From Candidatus Limnocylindrales bacterium (lineage in GTDB: Bacteria > Moduliflexota > Moduliflexia > Moduliflexales > JAUQPW01), in contig DATMBG010000044.1 in assembly GCA_035559535.1 (NCBI GenBank), positions 62,001 to 126,000 on the forward strand: a stretch of DNA of 64,000 nucleotides, in the 5' to 3' direction. The notes beneath the pieces were generated by a model, which saw nothing but the letters and a program-made list of their open reading frames with translations, ran no database searches and was not told the DNA's origin. The position numbers and the translations under genes were made by a program. This document shows positions 57,485 to 64,000 of the stretch, one piece after another. The number at the start of each line of letters is the position of its first letter. Within the stretch, counting starts at the first letter, position 1.

Positions 57485-60400
57485 ATGAAACTTATTAATG
57501 CGGCCCTTACTAAAGCCAGAGATCACATCAAGACCCACCTTTTCTTAAAAGGTTTGCTCCAGTTGATTATTCTTGCACTGGCTGTTCTGTTAATGGGCAT
57601 CCTGATATATGTCTCTATCCCACCCTCCTTCTATCTTAATCTGATCTTCGATATTCTTGTCGTACTGGCTTTTCTGTATGTTTCTCTTAAATCCCTCATC
57701 TTACCTATCCTGCGGAAGCTTCCCGATGACTCGGTCGCCCTGACCATTGAAGAAAAGTTTCCGGACCTTCAAGATAACCTTATCAACTCGGTCCAACTCT
57801 CCCGGGAGCTCAAAAAAGGTCCTCAAGGGATCTCCCTGGACTTAATTCGTAAATTGATTGCCTCTACCGAGGAACAGGTCCGTAAGTTAGACATCCAGAA
57901 CATTGTGGATCGAACCGACTTACGTAAATATGCCCGGTATAGTGGGATCGGTGTGGTTGTTCTGCTGGCTTTGATTCTCTGGAGGCCGGGGATTCTAAAA
58001 GACACCCTTAAAAATTTTCTTCACCCGGCGGAAGGGGCCTTATTAGCTCAGAAATTAAATCTGGAAATCGAGCCTAAAAATACCACGATTTTAAGGAACA
58101 AACCCCTTAAAATCGTGGCAAGATCTGCATCGGATGTTTGGAAAGAAGTTCAATTAAACTATAAGTTTGAGAAAGAACCCTGGAAGCAGATCCAGATGAG
58201 TAATCTTGAAGCAAAGAAGGTCTTCCAGCATGAAATGAAATCTGTCCAGTATCCCTTCCAGTATTACGTTTCAGCCGGGAATTTTACTTCAGAGACCTAT
58301 CAGGTTCAAATTGCCGATCCACCTGAAATTGGAGATATCACTCTGATTTACCAATATCCCCAGTATACCCGAATTGAGCCTAAAACCATAACAAACAGTG
58401 ATGGGAACATAGAAGGTATTAAGGGAACCCAGGTGCATATCATTCTTAAAGCCAATAAAAAGATTATTAAGGCGCAAATCGTAACCGACGATGGGACCCA
58501 AATTCCTTTGCAAATCACCGATGATGTTAAGCTGGAGGGAGATCTGATAATCACGAAAACCCAAACTTATCATATAGAAGTAGTCGATTCAGAAGAATTC
58601 CAAAATCAAGATCCCATTGAATATCAAATTACTGCACACCCCGACGAATATCCTACCGTTGAAGTTCTGAAACCGGGACAGAATTTAACCGTCGGAAGTC
58701 GAGATGATATAGAATTGGCCTTTTCTGCAAAGGATGATTTTGGCCTTACAGCTGTTTATCTTGTTTTCCAGGGCCAGGCGGAAGAAACTCGGGTTTTGAT
58801 AAAAAAGTTTTCTCCCGGTGGTACCGACGCTTCGTCCGGGCGCACCTACCTGGATAAGTTTACATGGCGTTTAAGCAATTATACCTTTCAACCGGGCCAG
58901 ATCGTTAATTACCATTTAGAAGTCGAGGATAATGATACCATTTCAGGTCCCAAAAAGGGGAGTTCGGCTACTTATTCCTTAGAGATCTACAGTGAGGAGA
59001 AGCGGCATCAAGATTTAGTCAAGGCACAAGAAGAAGTTCATCAAAAACTACTGGAGTTGTTAGCCGATCAGGTCGAGGCTCAAGCCCTGACCGAGGAGAT
59101 GAGATCTGCTTTTCAAGAAAATCCCGGCAATCCCCGTATATCCCCTCAGGATCTCCAAAAAGCTCATCAAGCCCAACAGGCTATTTCTGAAAAAAGCCAG
59201 GATCTTACCAAGAATTTAAAGGACATTTTAAATCAGATGGCCAAGGATCCCCTGAGCAATTTAGGGAGTTACATGGAGCTGAATCAAATTGGAAAAAACC
59301 TGGAAGATCTCCATGATTCGAAAATGGTGGAGGCCCAGGAGAGTCTAAAAACGGCCAGGGAAAGTCCTGTTCGTTCTGAAAAGTCCGATGCACTGGATCA
59401 AGCGGCTCAAAAACAAGAAGAAATTGCCAGTGAGTTAGAAAAACTGGCTGCATTTTCAGATAACTTATTAAAGAAAGAACGAATGCAGGATGTGGTCAAA
59501 ACCAGCGAGAAACTCACAAGGACCCAGGATCAGTTCTTAAAAGATCTGGAAAAACTGGCCCAAAACCCGCAGGACCAGCAGCTTCTCGACCAACTCATGA
59601 AGGAATTAGAGAATCTCTCCCAGGCGCTTAATGCTCTTATGAACCAGCTTTCTCAACTGGCCAATCAGTTACCCGATGAATTTTTAAATAATCCCAACGT
59701 AAAAAATCTGGAATTGGGTAACATGTCGGAGGCTTTGGAGAAAATTAAAGAGGCCCTTCAGAAGGGAGACCTTCAAAAAGCCCTGGAGGAGGCCCGGAAG
59801 TTGATGAGTATGTTATCCCAGATGAATATGATCTTCCAAAATGCGGCCAACCAAAGCATGGCGAACATGATGCAAGGAGCGCAATCCAAAGCCATGGAGA
59901 TGGCTAACAAATTGGGAGAGCTGGTGGAAAATCAAAAACGGGTTATTGAAGGAACCGAAAAGGTGGACAAAGCTTTGAAGGAAGCCTCTCAGCAGGAGGT
60001 AAACAAACTTTTGAAGGATGCTTTGGAGCGGATGAAGAGGATCGCATCGAAGATTCCGGGTCAAATGTCCAGGGCAGAAGGGGAGATGCAGACCGTTCCC
60101 GACATGTACTATTCGACCTATAATCAATTTCAAGATATGCAAGAGCAGCTCAATAAAATCTTGAACGGATTGAATCAACCCAGACTCGGAGAGGTTAAAG
60201 AGGCTGTAGAAGAATCCCTTCGAGATGTAGAAGCTGCAGAGGTCCTGGCTAAACCCTTCACCCGGGGAGTTCCTCAGCTCCAGAAGAAACTGGATGAACT
60301 GAAAAACCTGGAAAGCCTTTACCAGGCCCTAAACGAAGAGCTGGATCGATTAGGAGGTGTCGAAGGCCAGGCTATGAGTCCTTCCCAGGAATCTCAAATG

Positions 60401-60940
60401 AAGGGTCTGGCAAGCAAGCAAGGCCAACTGCAACAGGATACTGGAGAACTGAAGGAAAAGCTGGCCAACCTTTCCAAACTAACTCCGTTCCTCAGCCCTG
60501 ATATTGCTGATAACTTGGGAGAGGCTCAAGATCAAATGGGATCTGCTAAAGAAAAATTGGGGAATAAAGAAGCTGGAAAAGCCCTTTTGCCTGAGAGAGA
60601 AGCTCTTTATCGCCTGGAACAGGCACAGCAAGGTCTCCAGCAAGGTATGCAGCAGATGGCTACCATGCAACAAATGGGCGGCATGGCCATGCCCCAGTTT
60701 GCCATGAGACCGGGTATGCAACCTGGAAACTTCCCCAATTTCCAATTCCCGAATCCCAATACCGCTCCCAACAGCGGCGGGATTATGGGTAGCTCCACCG
60801 AGGATATTGAAATTCCATCCGGAGCCGATTTCCAGGTTCCAAAGGAGTTTCGAGAAGAGCTGTTAAAGGCAATGAAGGAAGGGATTCCTCAACCTTATGA
60901 GGATCTGGTGAAGGATTATTACAAACAGTTATCGCAGTAG
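57485..60940 (+). CDS. Large membrane-anchored coiled-coil protein (DUF4175-like); start moved to ATG 57485
   Basis: N-terminal TMs, IEEKFPDLQDNLINSVQL, Ig-like region, DDFGL, DNDTISGPK, long Q/E/M-rich helices, C-terminal YEDLVKDYYKQL. Confidence 0.75.
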   Translation: MKLINAALTKARDHIKTHLFLKGLLQLIILALAVLLMGILIYVSIPPSFYLNLIFDILVVLAFLYVSLKSLILPILRKLPDDSVALTIEEKFPDLQDNLINSVQLSRELKKGPQGISLDLIRKLIASTEEQVRKLDIQNIVDRTDLRKYARYSGIGVVVLLALILWRPGILKDTLKNFLHPAEGALLAQKLNLEIEPKNTTILRNKPLKIVARSASDVWKEVQLNYKFEKEPWKQIQMSNLEAKKVFQHEMKSVQYPFQYYVSAGNFTSETYQVQIADPPEIGDITLIYQYPQYTRIEPKTITNSDGNIEGIKGTQVHIILKANKKIIKAQIVTDDGTQIPLQITDDVKLEGDLIITKTQTYHIEVVDSEEFQNQDPIEYQITAHPDEYPTVEVLKPGQNLTVGSRDDIELAFSAKDDFGLTAVYLVFQGQAEETRVLIKKFSPGGTDASSGRTYLDKFTWRLSNYTFQPGQIVNYHLEVEDNDTISGPKKGSSATYSLEIYSEEKRHQDLVKAQEEVHQKLLELLADQVEAQALTEEMRSAFQENPGNPRISPQDLQKAHQAQQAISEKSQDLTKNLKDILNQMAKDPLSNLGSYMELNQIGKNLEDLHDSKMVEAQESLKTARESPVRSEKSDALDQAAQKQEEIASELEKLAAFSDNLLKKERMQDVVKTSEKLTRTQDQFLKDLEKLAQNPQDQQLLDQLMKELENLSQALNALMNQLSQLANQLPDEFLNNPNVKNLELGNMSEALEKIKEALQKGDLQKALEEARKLMSMLSQMNMIFQNAANQSMANMMQGAQSKAMEMANKLGELVENQKRVIEGTEKVDKALKEASQQEVNKLLKDALERMKRIASKIPGQMSRAEGEMQTVPDMYYSTYNQFQDMQEQLNKILNGLNQPRLGEVKEAVEESLRDVEAAEVLAKPFTRGVPQLQKKLDELKNLESLYQALNEELDRLGGVEGQAMSPSQESQMKGLASKQGQLQQDTGELKEKLANLSKLTPFLSPDIADNLGEAQDQMGSAKEKLGNKEAGKALLPEREALYRLEQAQQGLQQGMQQMATMQQMGGMAMPQFAMRPGMQPGNFPNFQFPNPNTAPNSGGIMGSSTEDIEIPSGADFQVPKEFREELLKAMKEGIPQPYEDLVKDYYKQLSQ

Positions 60941-60984
60941 AAGTATAATACTTTTCAGACGAAGTGGAGTTAGCATAATTCTCT

Positions 60985-61052
60985 GTCCCTCCCCCCGCCC
61001 CACTCCTTCCTCCCCGCATGCGGGGAGGGAGAGAGGGAGGGGCCGGGAGGGG
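60985..61052. repeat. GC-rich palindromic element
   Basis: Perfect palindrome CCTCCCCGCATGCGGGGAGG (61009-61028) with imperfect C-rich/G-rich arms. Confidence 0.7.
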
Positions 61053-61135
61053 AACCGGCAGATCTTCAGGCTAACTTCCCACAGGAAGTTGCCACCGTTT
61101 GCCTTACCCCCACGCTCCCGGGTAACAGGAGGAAA

Positions 61136-61170
61136 TAAAAAAACAAAAAGTCCCAGAATTTTCTGGGACT
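61136..61170 (-). terminator. Intrinsic terminator of pnp
   Basis: AGTCCCAGAA-TT-TTCTGGGACT stem preceded by an A-tract (U-tract on the minus strand). Confidence 0.75.
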
Positions 61171-61200
61171 CTAATTTTTAATTTTTAAGGGACTATAATT

Positions 61201-63312
61201 CTACTTGTTAGAATGACCTTGTTGCTCACGCAAAGCGGCTTTGCGGCTCAGTCGAATCTTTCCCTGCTTGTCGATTTCCAGAACCTTAACCAGAACCTCA
61301 TCCCCTTCTTGCAATTCATCGGTGACAGTACGAATATGACGATCGGAGATTTGAGAGATATGAAGGAGTCCATCGGTTCCAGGTAAGATTTCGACGAAGG
61401 CACCATAATCAACAATTCGCTTAACGGTTCCCAGATAGATTTTTCCTTCTTCAACCTGTTGAGCTATTCCTTGAATGATACGAAGGGCCTTGTTGGCAGA
61501 TTCCTCATCGGCAGAGAAGATGTTAATTTTACCATCGTCATCGATATCGATTTTCACCCCTGTTTCTTCCACAATACTCCGAATAACTTTTCCACCTGGC
61601 CCAATGACATCTCGAATCTTGTCCTTATTGATATAGAAGGTCAAAATACGAGGTGCATAGCGGGAAAGCTGTTTTCTAGGTTCAGCCAGGGTTTCTGCCA
61701 TCTTATCCAGAATGTAAAGTCTTCCTTCTCGAGCCTGGGCCAGAGCTTGGGTAAAGATTTCCCGGGTAATCCCTTTAATCTTGATATCCATTTGAAGCGC
61801 AGTAATACCCTTGCGGGTTCCCGCTACCTTGAAGTCCATATCCCCCAGATGATCTTCGATTCCAGAAATATCGGATAAGATCACGACTTTATCTCCTTCT
61901 TTGATAAGTCCCATGGCGATTCCGGCTACAGGGGCCTTAATAGGAACCCCCGCATCCATTAAAGACAAAGTACCTCCGCAAACGGTTGCCATGGAGGAAG
62001 AACCGTTAGATTCCAAAATATCCGAAACAATCCGAATAGTATAGGGGAACTCTTCACTGGTGGGAATAACCGGGGCTAAGGCTCGCTCAGCCAGATAACC
62101 GTGACCTATTTCCCGTCTGCCAGGTCCTCGAAGGAATTCTACCTCACCGACGCAGAAGGGAGGAAAGTTATAATGGAGCATGAATCGCTTAGAAGCTTCC
62201 CCTTGTAAATCATCTAGCCGTTGTTCATCCTCCGCAGTCCCTAAGGTAGATACTACCAGGGCCTGGGTTTGACCTCGGGTGAACAAAGCGGATCCATGGG
62301 TCCGGGGTAAAAGGCCTACTTCACAGGTAATGGGACGAATATCCTTGGGTCCTCTCCCATCCGCCCGTCTTCCTTCCTCGAGAACCGCTTTACGAAGCAC
62401 CTCTCTCTCTGTTTTATGGAAAGCTTCCTTGATCTCCAGGGATAAAGCTTCCAACTCTTCTTCTTCAAATCCGGCAATGGTATCCTCATAGATTTTTTTA
62501 ATCTGATTCTGGTATTCCACTTTATCCGGGTAACTCTCGGCCAAATAAACCGCTTGACGGATCTTATCCATAGCCAGACTACTGACCTTCAAGGCAATGC
62601 TTTGATCTTTCTCTACGGGCTTTATCTCCTGTTTGGTCACAGGGATCTGTGCAGCCAAGTCTTTCTGAAGCTTTACAATTTGCTTGATTTTTTCCTGTCC
62701 ATACTCAATGGCTTCTAACATGTCTTCTTCGGGTACCTCCCTGGCATCTCCCTCCATCATAACCACAGCGTCTTCGGTCCCGGCCATCACCAAATTAATA
62801 TCACTCTTCTCCAACTGCTTGTAAGGGGGATTCAGGACCCATTTCTTATCAATACGACCTATCCGAACAGCTCCTATAGGACCCATAAAAGGAATATCTG
62901 AAATGGTAAGAGCTGCAGAAGCTCCAATAATAGCCAGGATATCCGGACTGTTGATTTGATCTACAGACAGGACGGTTGCAATGATTTGAATTTCATGATG
63001 ATAACCTTCTGGAAAGAGGGGTCGTACCGGTCGATCGATGAGTCTGGAAATTAAAACTTCTCGGTCACTGGGTTTACCTTCTCGCTTGATAAAACCACCT
63101 GGAATTTTACCCGCTGCATAGGCTTTCTCTCTGTACTCAACCATTAGAGGAAAGAAGTCAATGCCTTCCCGAGGTTCTTTACTTGAAACTGCCGTGACTA
63201 AAACAATGGTATCTCCCGATTGAACCCATACGGCCCCGTTGGCCTGCTTAGCCACTTTGCCGGTTTCCAGGGATAATATTCTTCCCTCTAAATCTAATTC
63301 TACTCTATACAT
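61201..63312 (-). CDS. pnp: Polyribonucleotide nucleotidyltransferase
   Basis: [53 protein letters not shown] and S1 domains. Confidence 0.98.
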   Translation of the reverse strand: MYRVELDLEGRILSLETGKVAKQANGAVWVQSGDTIVLVTAVSSKEPREGIDFFPLMVEYREKAYAAGKIPGGFIKREGKPSDREVLISRLIDRPVRPLFPEGYHHEIQIIATVLSVDQINSPDILAIIGASAALTISDIPFMGPIGAVRIGRIDKKWVLNPPYKQLEKSDINLVMAGTEDAVVMMEGDAREVPEEDMLEAIEYGQEKIKQIVKLQKDLAAQIPVTKQEIKPVEKDQSIALKVSSLAMDKIRQAVYLAESYPDKVEYQNQIKKIYEDTIAGFEEEELEALSLEIKEAFHKTEREVLRKAVLEEGRRADGRGPKDIRPITCEVGLLPRTHGSALFTRGQTQALVVSTLGTAEDEQRLDDLQGEASKRFMLHYNFPPFCVGEVEFLRGPGRREIGHGYLAERALAPVIPTSEEFPYTIRIVSDILESNGSSSMATVCGGTLSLMDAGVPIKAPVAGIAMGLIKEGDKVVILSDISGIEDHLGDMDFKVAGTRKGITALQMDIKIKGITREIFTQALAQAREGRLYILDKMAETLAEPRKQLSRYAPRILTFYINKDKIRDVIGPGGKVIRSIVEETGVKIDIDDDGKINIFSADEESANKALRIIQGIAQQVEEGKIYLGTVKRIVDYGAFVEILPGTDGLLHISQISDRHIRTVTDELQEGDEVLVKVLEIDKQGKIRLSRKAALREQQGHSNK

Positions 63313-63331
63313 TCTTTAAAACGCCTCCACG

Positions 63332-63601
63332 TTATTTACGTAATCCAAGTTCTTTAATAATAGCTTTATATCGCTCGATATCTTTTCTTTTAAGATATTC
63401 AAGAAGCCGACGTCGTTTACTCACTAACTTTAAAAGACCCCGCCTGGAGTGGTGATCTTTATGATGGATTTTAAAATGATCGGTTAAGTGATTAATTCGT
63501 TCAGTTAAAATAGCTATTTGGACTTCTGGGGAGCCGGTGTCGGTATCGTGCGTTTTATGGTGCTGGATAATTTCCTGCTTTCGCTCTTTAGTAACGGCCA
63601 T
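63332..63601 (-). CDS. rpsO: 30S ribosomal protein S15
   Basis: [13 protein letters not shown]...[10 protein letters not shown]. Confidence 0.98.
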   Translation of the reverse strand: MAVTKERKQEIIQHHKTHDTDTGSPEVQIAILTERINHLTDHFKIHHKDHHSRRGLLKLVSKRRRLLEYLKRKDIERYKAIIKELGLRK

Positions 63602-63748
63602 GGATTTCTCCTCCTCTCTGAAATTTTAAGGCTTGAAAAGTAAAATTATTCTCATTTCAATATACTCGTAAAATTTTTCTTGTAAAGAGAAAACTGTATA
63701 AATCTTGCATTAACCCTTTATGAAAAAGATAGTTGTACCACCCTGAAG

Positions 63749-64000
63749 TTACAACGGATAAATAACTTTTACAGGCTGTACCATCCAATCTCCCTCGGGA
63801 TTCGGTACAAGCTTTACCACTGCAAAAAAATTACCCCTTGCCTCATACCCCCGGTAATAACCCGGGGAAGGGTAACTATCCTGTTGGGATTGAAGAGACA
63901 AAGAAGGCAAAAGATTAAGGGACCCTTTTGATCGGTCCAACTTTACAAAGGCCCCCCGGGCCAGAAGCCGGCTTGTTTTTTCATCAAAATAAAGGGCAGG
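63749..64000 (-). CDS. truB: 3' end of a gene entering from the right edge, probably the TruB C-terminal domain
   Basis: Frame open to the window edge (PALYFDEKTSRLLARGAFVK...YRGYEARGNFFAV...VQPVKVI); call rests mainly on truB-rpsO-pnp synteny. Confidence 0.5.
   Translation of the reverse strand, partial: PALYFDEKTSRLLARGAFVKLDRSKGSLNLLPSLSLQSQQDSYPSPGYYRGYEARGNFFAVVKLVPNPEGDWMVQPVKVIYPL

Overview
64 kb of chromosomal DNA from a diderm bacterium, judged from lipoproteins, periplasmic cytochromes c and Ccm genes; the lineage cannot be fixed from this sequence. Housekeeping genes (purH, udg, upp, asnS, tyrA, rnr, mnmA, ispA, xseAB, purA, pnp, rpsO, partial truB, tRNA-Gly/Cys/Leu) are interleaved with four accessory blocks. 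(1) A lanthanide-type methanol dehydrogenase operon xoxF-xoxJ-xoxG, whose cytochrome carries a second heme c domain. (2) A variant (System I*-like, Cys-type CcmE) cytochrome c maturation operon with two uncharacterised extra genes and no ccmH/ccmG in the block. (3) A MauG/CcP-family diheme protein divergent from an ECF sigma factor whose anti-sigma ends in an extracytoplasmic CxxCH motif. (4) A ureide/glyoxylate catabolic block (gcl, allantoate amidohydrolase, atypical M20 hydrolase, LIV-type ABC transporter behind a sigma54 promoter with an NtrC-like box). Manual reading adds genes missing from the ORF track (ccmD, a TPR gene at the left edge, the truB tail) and two frameshifted pseudogenes (MNT nucleotidyltransferase, cytosine deaminase). 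It also shows many small hairpin repeats (7/8-mer arrays, GTAG REP-like elements, one MITE-like element), some lying in-frame inside genes. No CRISPR array, transposase, integrase or prophage was seen. All protein calls come from motif recognition, not database searches.
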